From the human T2T-CHM13v2.0 reference genome, Homo sapiens: DNA of 64,000 bases. Location: the NCBI RefSeq assembly GCF_009914755.1, contig NC_060934.1; one strand, written 5' to 3'. Every line of letters starts with the position of its first letter. The first letter of the stretch is position 1. A program made the position numbers and the translations under genes. The notes under the pieces are model-generated. The model was given only the letters and a program-made list of their open reading frames with translations, searched no databases and was not told the origin of the DNA. Below are positions 16,360 to 30,803 of this stretch, piece after piece.

Positions 16360-16600
16360 AGTAAGATTTGGACTTGGCCAGTGGAAATTCAGTTTCTTCA
16401 TTTGTCACTCGATGCCTGTGAAAACTTTGCCAAAAGCCTGACTTCTTGGAGCTTTGGTTTTCTCATCTATCAAGTGAGAATACTAATAATCATAACAATA
16501 ATGCCTACCTCACTGATCTCTTAGGGTTGTTATGAGACTTAAAGTGTGCTGTGCAAAGTCTGAAACTGTGCCATAACTCTTTACGGTCATTATTATTAGT
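16360..16600 (+). mobile_element. MIR
   Basis: ttttctcatctatcaagtgagaatactaata...cctacctca...gggttgttatgaga core. Confidence 0.7.
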
Positions 16601-17604
16601 ATTGGCAAAAATGTCCATTTCTGCACCCCCTTCCATTTGAGTGGTGAGCGTTTTCCTTGCCCTGCTATTAAGAGGTCACTCGTGTCAATGCTGAGAGGCC
16701 CATGGAAGCCTGACAGCTTGATGTTGCATCTGTGAGAAGTGATTCATTGGAGCAATCTCCCCTTAAGTTCTGATGAATGCATTAAGTTTTAGAAGGAAAT
16801 CTGTTTGAATTGTGGCTTGATGTCTAATGCTTGGAGGATTATATAATTGAATTGTAGATGCTAAATTGCATCTTCTGAAATACTGAGAAATAGTCCCATT
16901 CTCATATAGGCTTAACATCCATCTAGAATATTCCAATTGCTTGTTACTAGGAGATATGTGTGTTACATGGCAAGCATGTGCTCATGTGGACTCACCCACC
17001 TGTGAGGATGGCATAGGTGAGGAAAGAAGAAGATGAGAAAGGTTTTATAAGGTAAACTCAATTGTGAAAACTATTACATGATGGTGGACAATTTCAGCTT
17101 CAATTCACCTGATGATGACCCTGGCTTCAATAATTAATGACCCTGTTATTAGATTTCTGAGGCAGACAGCATCTCATTGCAAGGGACCACTTTGATGAAT
17201 GAATAATCGTAATAAATACAAACCACTGGCCAGAGGGTCAACTTCTACTGTCTGCTTAGCTGGAACATGAATGAACCCAGCCATGATTGCAACATTCTCA
17301 TGGCCATTCTTTTGGAATTCCAAGTAGGAGAAGAACCTGGAGGGTCATTAAGCTGTGTCCTTTGTCTTCAGGCAAGATTATCTCCAAACCAACCAAATGG
17401 GGTAGAACCCACATTGACACTCTCCTGGCAACAGGCTCAAGGCTATTGGGAAATCTTCCGACTTGTGTCAAATCTAACATTTGTCTTTCATTTAGTTGAG
17501 ACCAATCTACATAAGTCCAGGTTAAAGGGAAGCTTCTTCCCGCCCTCCAGAAGACACAGGCAGTGGCTCAGGTGACCTGCCAGCATGGAACCTGTCTCTC
17601 TCAA

Positions 17605-17860
17605 CAGTAAGTTACTGAGCACCTACTACGTGTGAGATGCTCTCCTGGATGTGTTTCATTTTATAGTATTTGACATCTGTTTTCTCATGTGAGCCTCACA
17701 ACAATTTTATGTGTTTAGGTCATGGTGGGGGGTATGACCATTATAGGATGGATGAAAAAAACGAAGCTTGAAGAAGTTATGTGAATCTCCTGAAGTCCAG
17801 AAATGGCAAAGTTCAAACTCAGGTCTCCTGGCTCCAAGCCCATGTGTTTCCCCTTCTACT
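17605..17860 (-). mobile_element. MIR
   Basis: ttactgagcacctactacgtg...cctcacaacaa...ttcaaactcaggtctcctggctccaagccc. Confidence 0.7.
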
Positions 17861-18149
17861 ATGTCAACCTCTCCCTGCCCTGGGCTGCCTTGTGGCACCG
17901 TCCCTTTCTGTGGAGACTGGTACATCTGCCTTAGTGTCTTCCGGCTGTGTGATGCTTGTGTTAAGGCTCCATATTCTGGAGGTGTCCTGCGAATTCTCCA
18001 CTGGAAAAGGGAAACAGGACTAACCCTAGGTCTTGAAGGGTTTCCCTCAGAGCTTGAGATAGTCAGAGGAAAGGACTGAGTGTCCAGGGTTTGGCCATCT
18101 CTAAGTGCTCTTTTGCTTTTGAAACAGAAATAGACCTTGCATCTGTTGG

Positions 18150-18350
18150 GCCCATAGTACTAGCTCCTGCTGTAGGTGCTTTTGTGGGCACTGCATGTTA
18201 AATCCTCACATCAACCTCATGAGGTGCTGCTGTTACCTCCAGTTGTGGATGGGGAAGGTGAGCTGTGGGGAGTTTACATACGGAGGTGGAAAATGGCCAA
18301 ACTGGGATTTGAACCCCTGCCAGGGATCTGCTCTTAGCCTCTTTACCATG
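18150..18350 (-). mobile_element. MIR
   Basis: aatcctcacatcaacctcatgagg...ctgggatttgaaccc. Confidence 0.6.
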
Positions 18351-21031
18351 TTAAGGAGCCTGGGCTCCAGCACCCTCTCCTCCTGTCTGCTGCCCTTGGT
18401 CCATAGAAGGAAAAGCCCAGACCTCCTGGTGTCCTGGGCACTCAGAGATAACCAAAGCCTGGAAACTCAGCCTTTCCATCTCAAAAGTGAAAGAAAAGTC
18501 AATCAAACAAAAATGACCGAAGTGTTTTCTAATATTTTCATTAATTAAAATTATGGTTCCTGATTTCATCTTTTTGACATCCAACACCAATGTACTAATA
18601 ATCAAGCCCCTGGAATAATGGTGTTTAATAAAAAGGGTGAAACCTGCAATGCTTTTAGGCAACACATTTACCATGGCTAGAGAGTAGTGGGATGTGTTGG
18701 TGTGATTCTGTGTGTCCCTTGGTACGTCAAACACCCACGACACTTAGTAAGACTGTGTGACAACAGCGCTGAGCAGTTTAAGTGCTTGTAATCCGCTGCC
18801 TGGGACCAGGCTGAGACTCAGAACTGGGTGTTCTTGCTTTTTCACATTTGCTGCTGATTATGCTGAGGAATTAGATGGGAAGGTGGGCCAGGGATGGGGC
18901 AGATAGACATATTGAATGTGTACCCAGAAACACAGTGAGGGTCTGTGGTCAAGGATGTGGAGTTTCTATCCACTTGGCAAGGGGTGGGGAGGGTGAGTCT
19001 ATACAATGAAATCACTCCCTGTGTCCATTGCGCCCAACACCAAGCATAACATGAGCAGCTGCAGTTAGGAGGAAAAGGCCAAAACCTCCCCTTGGACCAC
19101 CTGCCTGGACCTCCCTGCTTTAAGCAGGAATTGAATGTAAAATGCTGTCTGGGCCAGCCCTGCCTGGGTCTGCAAAAGGAGAGGTGCCTGCAGCAACGGC
19201 TAGTGGGCCAGCCCCTGGCAGCACATGAAGCCACAAAGATGCCCCAGCTACTGGGCTTGTCACCCACAAAGGCCCCCACTCTAGCCTGCCCCCTACCCTG
19301 CAGCTGGAGTGTCTCTGGAGAAGTATTTCCAAACAGCCCATTCCCTGCCCCTCTTCATTTTTGTGTTATGTGCCACCTGAAGGTCTTTATGATGTTCTAT
19401 ATCCCCGCTTCTTCTCCCATGTTGTTTTGCCTCCTATGACATTGGAACTGGCTCCTGAACAAGGGGTTAATGTAGGAAGGGAGCCCCCACCTGCCATAAT
19501 GAGAACCCCCCCAGCACCTCAGACTCTTTCTCATCCAATTCATGGGGAGGAATGATTTGACAAGCAGGACAAGTTCTATCCTCAGGCCATGTGAGTGCTC
19601 CAGCCAAGATGATTGAGCCTCTTCTGGGGTGGGACTGTTTGCCAGTGGTTTGCTGCATCAGATGGCCTTTTGGATCCTGGACACAGCTACAATCACAGAA
19701 GCGATCTTGGAAGCCACTAAGCCAGCCCTACCATTTTGCAGATGAGGAAACTGAAGACTGCGAGGGAGGATATTCAGCTTGAATTTAGGGTCAGCAAAAG
19801 GATGCATTGAGGAAAGAGCCCAAGGTGATCAGTGTCCAGTTGGCATCTCTATACCTCATGGTGCTGTCTTCCTGCCCCATTGCCAGGCTTGGATTGTCAA
19901 AATAAGGAACTGATCTCCAGGAGATAAATTCGTCAAGTAGAAGACAGGCTTCAAGAAAAGAAAGGCACTCTGTTTTGCAGTGGGGAGCACTCTGCTGGGG
20001 GCCTATGTGGCTCAGACGTTGATGGAACCGTCATCTCTGTAAGTGGAGACAGTAAGCACTGTCCTAACTAAATCACAGCTCTTTACTGCTTTTATATAAA
20101 GATTACTCAGGTTGTAATAATAGCCCATAAATTAGTAAGTACCATTAAGTTTATGGGCTTCTCCTAGTCAGAGTCCTTTCTAGCTATCAATTTGGTAGAG
20201 TTTAATAAACTCTCCATGACTTATAAAACCACGGTAGTCAAGTTTTGGTCTGTACTGAGTGGCGTTTCTGATACTGACTTCCTTCTCTACTTGCGTGAAA
20301 TGAAGGCAAAAGGACCCATAACAACACAATTAGACCACAAGACAGGTGTCAGCTTATCACATTAGACAGCTGCATTAAAGCCAATGTACCTCCTTCAGGG
20401 TCTGGGTGCCTGCAACCACTGGGGGTCTTGCAAGCATCTAGCAGGATAGGAGAACAGCTCAGATGGAAGAACAGACAACAAACCCACTGCCCACTGAGAT
20501 TCTGTGAAGGAGAACTCCTGTGCAGTGGCAGAATTGAGTGGGAACCATGTCTGCCCCAGCAAGGAACTTAACTTCTCATCTAAAAATCACACCAGTCCTG
20601 CATACCTCATAGGAGCAATTGAAGATAAAAATAAGTCAAGGTTCAGTACAAGCTCAATCTCATGGAAAATATGAAAGTGCCATCATCCAATAATCATAAT
20701 AATCCAGAGCTATGATATACAAAATGTCTTTTATCATGCAAAGCTCTGTGCCAAGCACTAGACATTCATTCTTGTTTTGATCCCTGCTGCCCTCCTAGCA
20801 GGCAAGAAGTCTCGCTCTACCAAGGCTCAGAGAGGATGGCAACTTGCTTAAGGTGACATAGCCAGCCTACTGTGGCAAATTCAGACATCCAATGCAGGTC
20901 ATTGACTCCAAAGACCATAGGCCTACACTGCCCCAGACTATTTAACACATCACTTTTATTAGGTTGTATTTGTCCTAATTCACTCCATACTTCTTAAAGA
21001 TTTTCTATCAATGGTCAAAAATACAAATACA

Positions 21032-21343
<312 letters not shown>

Positions 21344-23220
21344 TTATTAATAACCCAGGCTTGGATTCTGCAAAAGATGTGGAATCTCTGTTGAAAACCA
21401 ACATAAGTAATTTCAGATAGAACTACTACCAAACTAGATATCAACTTACTTAAGTAGGTTGATGGAACTTAACCTCACTTTCCTAGGAGTAGCTAGACGT
21501 CCTACAGACTTGAAGGTTAGGGGATGAGGGGTAGACATTGAGGATCCTGGAAATGAATTAGTGTTCTTTCCTCCATGCTGTGGTATCTGTTAGGCTGGGT
21601 GGTATAACCAGTCGCCCATAGTTCTGCATTTCATTGCAATCCAAGCTGCAGTGAGGTGGAGCTGAGGCCCCAGCACTGAAGTTGAGTGACGAAAAGGCAC
21701 CTGAAACTCAGGTGCATTTCAGTTGGTGACTGGTTTTCATGGGAACTGCTAAAATGTAAAGAGAATGGCTTTGTAGCCCATAACGCGGAGTCTGCAGTCA
21801 TCCCTCCCATGGCATTTTTGGAGCTACCCATGACCATGATAGGTTGCCATTAACAGGGATGGATTTGGCTGTGACTGATCTGCAGTGCCCTCCAAAGGTC
21901 TGACAAAGATCTGAGCAAATAGATTTTACAAGAATGTTCACTATTTTGTTCCCAGCACCTAGCAGAGTGTCTTATACATAGCAAACACTGATACATATTT
22001 GCCAAACAAGATAGATATTAATGTCTTAATTTATTGAAACAAAGACTCCAAGAAGCTAAATGCATTAACTTGTTGCACATCACGCAGATCTAACTAAGGT
22101 GCAAGGTAAGATTTGAAGTTGGGTCTGTCTGACTGTAGAGCCCCTGCCTCGATCACTAAAACACTTCTGGAACCTTCCGTGGAGACTGAATCTGTAAGAT
22201 CCTTGTCACAAGCACCTCAGGTAATTTTGGTGCAAGTGGATCACACTTGAAAAAAGGCCATTGTAGTGACATTTGAATGACAGCTGACATGTTTGAGCTC
22301 TTACTCTTTCCTCAGCATAGCTGCATAATCTTCTCACCAACTCTACGACTGTTGCATTCTAGAGATTGAAAACATCAAACCAAACCTGAAGCACTGAGAG
22401 GTTGGGTAACCAGCTCTGGTCACTGAGTTGGTGAGGGATGGATTCAGAAGAGGTCTCCAATTGTGACACCGCAGAGGACCTGCTCTTGGCCACTACACTC
22501 TACCAGCTCTGCAAGAAGGTGAGGGAGGGAGGGTGGAGTGTGATGGGCTCTTACTGTCTCCATTCGGTTTTGTCTTAGATAAAGGGAACTGAGTCCTTAG
22601 GCCCCTCCAGCAGGAAAGGCTCACAACAGCAGCCCCTCCGGCCCTGGGGTCAGTCTGTATTCACACCTAAGGGCAAGCTAAGTTGTGAATTTGACAGAGG
22701 ACTTGGACAGTGTCTCTAGTTGTCCCGGTTATAGCTGTGGTTAGTGTCCACCGATGGATGAGGAGATGCTTCCGGCAGATTGCTCTCTTAGCCACAATTC
22801 CCTCATTTATGGCAGCAAAGCAGGCCAACGATTGCAAAAGACAGAAATAAAACAGAAAATCTTGGAATGAGCATCATCCTGTAAAAAGCATAGAGTGACA
22901 TCAATAACGGGTAGACACCTTCTCCCCACCTTCGCACAACTGTAACTTTTTGGTTGTTAAAGGAACAGATAATCATATTTCTAAAGAAAGAATGCCATGA
23001 TTCAAGCCCTGGAGTGAATAAAGACTCATTTATGGGAGGTTATACCAAGAGGAAAATAGTAAACGGGCACGTGTTTTAGCCCTTTTAGACTTGTAAATGG
23101 TCCACATGTAATGTGCTCCAAAAATGGTGAAATCATCCAGTAAAGCACTCACAGCCCTGACTGCTGCTTGTGGCATCATGGGGGAAAGTAAAAAGGCCCA
23201 TGCACAGAGGGCTTTTTTAA

Positions 23221-24118
<898 letters not shown>

Positions 24119-26049
24119 CCTCCTTACTGAAAACCACAATACATTCTTCTAATTCTTACAAAGGGAATCCCACCTCCATCTGTTTATAAATCAAGAAGTG
24201 TTCATCACATGCTCTGGAAACTTTCATGCAAAGTAGTTTTCTTGTGCCATCGTAGACGCATGGTTACGTCTAGGGATGTTTGGAGATGAAGACGCACAAC
24301 TGACTCCTGACTCCTGTTTACTTAACTGTGTGGCCTTGCGCAGGTTATTCCCTTAAGTCCCAGCTTTGTCATCTGAAAATGCCACGGCAGATGCGCACCT
24401 CACGTGGTTGCAGGGTTTCCACGAGCCGATGGATGTAAAGAACCCAGCAGGACGTTGGCTTTCAGTTAATACTGCAAAAACAGTAGCTTTTCAGCAGTTC
24501 TTCTCTCCCCAATCCACAGCTTTGGTACTGTCACTCCACAGCCCCTGGATGAGGCTCTGACACTTTGCAGGGAGGACGCATTCTCATCAGAAAGAGACGG
24601 AACGGGTCTCAGAAGCTTGCTTTCAGAGGGCTTGCCTTTCAACTCAAAGCCCATGGGGATGCTGGGGACAGAGCCTGCCTCCCATGTGAGAGGCCACCAT
24701 GCGCCAGAGAGCTCAGCCTGTGGAACACAGAGCAAAATGGCAACTATCTTCCCATCTTCATTTGCGCTCGCTGTCCTGTGGAAACCTCCTCTCTGTGAAA
24801 CTGGTGGAGTCACGATTTTGGGGCTGGACCATCTGCCTGGTCCCAAATGTAATTCATGAACTTGGAGGGATCTGCATTACTGTTCATTTCAGCAGGAAAA
24901 ATGATCAATGTATTTCACAGCTTTGAGAATCTGCACCTTTTTTCTGGACTGCGGCAGGCATATATGGGTTCTGGCATTCTGATTAGTAAAGCAGCCAAAT
25001 TTTCCCTTTTATTTTTTTGCAAAATCCTCTGTCTTCCACTTTAATACGAGCGCCAGTAAATATTTTATGCCGAGGTCTTTTCAGAGCACTGTTTCCTATC
25101 TAAAGGCATATACTTCCACCCTAGATATGTATTTCTTTAGTTAATGTACACATGTAACACACATATAAAATAAATGAAAGTAGTGTATTTTTCCAGTTAT
25201 CTCCAAAGAAGTAAAACTAATTAGATAGAATGGAGAAGGGGCTATGCTGATTAATTTAATTATCTGTTTAACTAAAGGCTAAACAGAAAGCTTATTGAGG
25301 TTTCTACCCTGGTAATAAAAAAAATCTTTCAAATGTACAAGCCCACTTGTATGCCTTCCGTAGACTGAACATGTAATTAATTTTGAGAATTCAGCTCTGA
25401 GCCTCAGGTTCACTAATGTTGAAATCAAGTTTGTTGATATAAAAGATTTGATTGGATTTTCATGCGTTCTAAGAAGTGTTAGAAAAAAATTATGTAAAAA
25501 AATCTTCATAGCTTATTTTTTATCATTTGCATCTTATGCTTGGTAAGTGGAACATAGGATTATTTCCCACTAACAGAATTGGGGATAATCAAGTTTAATT
25601 AAAAAGTATTTTATCATAAACTCTTCTCATCTCCAGTGCAAAAGGTAACGGCTCTTTCCAACAATGACTATATTGCCATTTTTACTGCCCTCCTTAACCA
25701 GGGTACGGTTTAACATCCCAAAGAAAGCCTATCTTGAAAACCTTTTATGACTCAATCTCTTATGAGAGCTTACTTATATAATGTATGGGTTTTTTTTGTT
25801 ATTGTTTTAGAATGATGAGTGATCACCATAACATAAACAGACACCACTGAGCGGACTCATTCTTGGTCTTCTGTCTGATTCTGGGAGATTCAGAGCTCTG
25901 GCTCTGCCACTAACAGCAGGGAGTTGGAGAAACGATTTTGCTGCTCTGGAGCTCAGCTTCCTGATTTTGAGGGGGATGTCTTGGAGGTTCTCCCCACATC
26001 TGGAATTCTGGGATTATATGGTGCCTTATGCTAGTGGTAGGGGGTGTGT

Positions 26050-26165
26050 ATTGACAACCAAACATCCCGATTTGCCCAGCATTGAGAGAGGGTTCCTGGG
26101 ACTTGGGAATTGGGGTATGAACACTGGAAACTGCCAGGGCAAATTGGAACCAGCTGGCTACCCTG
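26050..26165. mobile_element. MER81-like hAT-Blackjack MITE
   Basis: catcccgatttgcccagc...gggcaaattggaaccagctggctaccct, with inverted ends. Confidence 0.6.
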
Positions 26166-26214
26166 GTTGCGGGGGGTGGGCATGTGGTTTGGTGTGTGTG
26201 GGCACAGCCTCTGA

Positions 26215-26465
26215 TTTATAGAATTATAAATTATATGTTAATTATATACTACATAAATTATATTTATACACTTATAGGATTATAAATTATATATTAATTA
26301 TATAATATAAAAATTATATTTATAAAATTATAAATTAATTAATATATGTGTTATATATCTATAAAATTATAAATTATATATTAACTTTATAATATATAAA
26401 TTATATTTATATATTATAAAATTATATTTATAGAATTATAAAATATATATTAATTCTATTTAATT
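26215..26465. repeat. AT-rich degenerate tandem repeat
   Basis: Recurring tttata(g/a)aattataaattatat units. Confidence 0.9.
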
Positions 26466-27248
26466 CCAAGCATTGGGGTGAGAAGGAAGATACACAGGTA
26501 AAGTACTTTGTATATTTTCTGGCACAGAAGCACTAAGTAAACATTAGCTATGATTATTATTGTTTTTGTTTTTCTCAAGCGCTTCCACACTTTTCATCTC
26601 AGACCCACAGAGCCAGTGTGTGCGGCTGAGGTGCTCAGACTGGCAGGTGAAATGACTTCATTAGTGCCCTGGCTCCTGGTGGGATGAGAGTGGAAACCCA
26701 GCCTTCTGAGTTGAAGAACTGGAACAAACATCAGCCCTGACACATTGATGTCAGTTTACCTTTGTGAGAAACAGGAACGAAATGTGAACATCTATTTCAG
26801 GTGATGTCATAAAGCCCGACTCAGAAGATGGCTATGATTTCAACAGCCTGTCGGCAGCACGGATTTCAGAGTAACTTACAATCAGTAATTAATCTAAACA
26901 ACAGTGCCGTGTGCACCCCATTATTAAAACAGAAGGGGAAACAAAAGGAGACTGAGAGGATTGCTTTTGAAGGCTCATGTTGCAGCGGCTTCTGCTGGAT
27001 ACTAAAAAGCAAATTATTATCGGGGGTTGTTTGTCATTCACAGGAGGAATTGGATTCCTTTATGTTTATAAAGTCACCTTGGTATCTGGAAGGAGAGCAG
27101 AAACTAACAGAGCCTACTTTACTTAGGAATGTAGGATGCTAATTTATTTGCCTTTTTCTTATATTAATATCCTTATCTGTAAAAAGGGGGAAGAAAATAG
27201 GGCTGTTTTGAGGAGATGTGGCTGAGAAAACAGAAAAAGAGAATTACA

Positions 27249-27528
27249 GGCCTGAAATCCCAGCACTCTGGGAGGCTGAGGTAAGAGGAACGCTTGATTC
27301 CAGGGATCTGAGACCAGCCTGGGCAACATGACGAAACCCTGTCTCTATTTAAAAAACGACATTTAGCGGGCTGTGGTGGTGTGCATCAGTGGTCCTAACT
27401 ACTCAGGAGGCTAAGTTGGGAGGACTGCCTGAGCGTGGGCGGCCGAAGCTGCAATGAGCCATGATTGTGCCTCTGCTCCAGCCTGGGTGACAGAACAAGA
27501 CTCTTCCTAAAAGAAAAAAAAAAAAAAA
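27249..27528 (+). mobile_element. AluJ-like, 5'-truncated
   Basis: gaggactgcctgag...gaagctgcaatgagccatgatt (AluJ diagnostics); A tail. Confidence 0.9.
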
Positions 27529-27542
27529 GGAACGACGAATCA

Positions 27543-27873
27543 GGCCAGGCACAGTGGCTCAAGCCTGTAATCCCTAATCCTAGAACTTTGGGAGGCTGAG
27601 GCTGGTGGATCACCTAAGGTCAAGGGGTCAAGACAAGCCTGGCCTACACGGCAAAACCCCATTTCTACCAAAAAATGCAAAAACTAGCCGGACGTGGTGG
27701 CGCATGCCTGTGGTCCCAGGTACTTGGGAGGCTGAGGCAGGAGAATGCCATGAACCTGGGAGCTTGCATGAACCCAGGAGGCGGAGCTTGCCGCGAGCCA
27801 AGATCACGCCACTGCACTCCAGCCTGGGGGACAGAGCAAGACTCTGTCTCAAAAAAAAAAAAAAAAAAAAAAA
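27543..27873 (+). mobile_element. Alu with two small internal duplications, in tandem with the preceding Alu
   Basis: taatccctaatcc and catgaacctgggagcttgcatgaacccagg duplications; 23-A tail. Confidence 0.93.
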
Positions 27874-29900
27874 GTAAAATAATCACTTCCACTCAAATCC
27901 TGGGTTCACACTGTTTTCCCCAGGAGGGACTAGAGGTCCATAAAGAGGCAGTCACGGTCGGGGCTCACACAGCTAAGGTGTGGAGGAGCAGGGGCGGGGA
28001 CCAGGGGTGTGGCTGGAGGCTGTGTGCTTGTCAGTTCTCCAGCTGCCTGTAATAATAAGCCTGATGCTAGCTTACCCAGAAGGGGCGAAGATAAGCGCAG
28101 GGGTGGGATGGGGGCTGCTGAGCAGAGCCTGGAAGATGAGTCCTCATTGAGGAGGAAGCCCATGGAGTTGGCCCAGTGATGATAAAATCAGCTGGGAAAG
28201 TCGATGGAGTTTCCCAGCGCTTGAAGTCCATTGACTTTCCCAGCTAATGTTACCAAAGCCTCCTTCTGACTGTACCTGTTTTCCCACAGGCCCCTGGCGC
28301 TGGTTCTCTCTGGAGGTTGAGTTTCCGTGGGGAGAGAAGAGTGCCCAGCGTGACCACCGTTGGCTGACTTCCCATGCCTTATTCCTTGTTTCCCCCGCTG
28401 GGGCCCAGCCCACCAGCTCCGCAGTGCATGAAGCCACTTATCACCACGGTTCCCAGAGAGGACGGGCTGGCCCAAGTCTGCATTGTCACCTGCTCTGGGG
28501 AAAACAAAGCCCTCTCCCCCGCCCTCCCCGCAGCATGCTGGGCACAGGGCCAGCCCGTTCTATGTTTTCAGTAAATTTTCAAACATGCTGGTTTTGGTGG
28601 CAGCTTTTGCAGTGATTATCTCATTAGGGGCTTGGCCCTGAAACACCTTATTTATTGTGGATTGAAAAAAGTTCACCTTTTCAAGCAAAAAAAAAAACAA
28701 AAAAAAAAACAAAAAAAAAAAAAAACAGAAGAAAGAAATAAAAGAACCAGACTGTAGTTTCCCTGGAAAATTTTCGCTTGTGGGAAAATACCTCCCCGGC
28801 CCGTAGAGAGACGCCATCACCAACAGTGTGGAGTTATCAGATGGGACTGGTCCAGCTTTGTGGGGCCGGGGCACACAGTGCCAATGTCCAGGTAGTTTCC
28901 AAACCGTGTTTTGTTTCCTCTGTCCTCTTTATAAACCCACGGATTGAACCTCATGGGCCCACAAGTTCCTGATTGCTTCGTATATATTGTACAGATTTTT
29001 TCAGGAAAATAAAATAGATCTTGCTCTACCCTGACAGAGCAGGGCCGATATTCTCTAGAAGAGAGGAGAACTCTAGAATGGATGGCAGCACTCTGAGTGT
29101 GTAACCCAAACAGCATGCTGAAATAGTAAAACTCTGCCGCAGGGGCAGATGGCTGCTGGGAGAATATTTATAGCAGGGATCTAGAAATAACCGTAAGGGA
29201 AAAGCCTTCTGAGGAGGAACGGAACAAGAGTCTTCGGGGTGGCACTTGGAGACACTCTTGCTCTTGCCTGAGGTCCTGGAGGGCTGCAGGCCGACCGCTG
29301 CACGGGAGAGAATATACGTGGTATTCACAGGGTACACAGAAGTCATAATACTTCATGTAGATCTGTGCCACACAGATGTGAGAGCTAGGACTTGGAAACA
29401 GGAAGAGAAGTGGGAGGATGATTAGGAGCGTAATTGGTAAATGTAGTACAGTCAAGGCAGACGCTGTAAAAGGACCGGGCACTGCAGAGCTGCAGGACAA
29501 GAGCCTGGGGACACGACAGTCAACCAGCCCGTGGGCATCATGGAAACAGCACTTTGCAGGCACCTGAGTGAAGCACAGGAAGGAAATGCAGACACAGGTG
29601 AAGGAGCACGGGGTTGGGTTAGAGCCAGGCAGCATCCCCCCAGCCGCTCCATGCTAAAGCCTTCATCGATTGCCCAGAGAGTGGGGGTTCTCAGTTAACG
29701 TTGGAACCATACAGCAATGAGGCCTGGGTACTACTTGTAATTTTCTGTTTATTTCTAACTTTATGAACTGCGTCAAGTATACTTCCTAGCATGGGTTCAG
29801 TATTTTGCAACAAATCTTTCTGCCGTGGATATAAATTCATGAGCTTCAGGTTTCATTAAAGAGAAGTACACAAATGAAGTACCCAGACTAACATTTGAAA

Positions 29901-30044
29901 ATTTAATTTTATGTTTGTTTTTATTTTTTAAGGGACAGGGTTTCACTATGCTCAGGCTGGACTCAAACTCCTGGGCACAAGTGATCCTCCTGCCTCAGCC
30001 TCCTGAGTAGCCGGGACCATAGGCACACACCACCACGCCCAGCT
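29901..30044 (-). mobile_element. FLAM_A-like Alu monomer
   Basis: Single monomer; TSD actaacatttga (29887-29898, 30048-30059). Confidence 0.85.
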
Positions 30045-30490
30045 CAAACTAACATTTGACTGCCTTGTGAAATATTACCTAGTCACTATCCCAGGTCCCT
30101 GACAGCATAGACCAGCAAAACATTAGAATGACACCAGACCTATTATAACTGCAAGCCATGAACAGGATTTCAAGAAAAGAGATGGAAGAATGTTCAGATT
30201 CCTAAAAATCTTCTTAAAAGAGAACTCCTAGCTTTCCACAAAATTCACTTAATTTCTTAAGTGATTTTTATCTTTTAAAAGCACAATAAAAAGCAATCAG
30301 ATGTTGTGTGTCTGTGCATCTGTACAGCAGTAAAGGTATCTCTCACATGGCATTAAAAAAAAGGCAAACAAATCCAACACACCACTAGAACTCAAATTTG
30401 GAGAAAATAGCTGCAGGAAAAAATTGCGCTGTGTGTATAAAGGTTTTTTTTAAAGAGTGTCTTTTCCTGAACTGACATTTCCATTCTTAG

Positions 30491-30803
<313 letters not shown>

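Noticed and set aside
17108-17164. C/D box snoRNA (ATGATGA 17112-17118, CTGA 17157-17160)
   Set aside because: Only ~50 nt, with a 2-bp terminal stem and no recognisable guide.
29168-29635. 155-aa minus-strand ORF and other 100-145 aa ORFs in GC-richer blocks
   Set aside because: No recognisable domains; lengths are expected by chance at this GC content.
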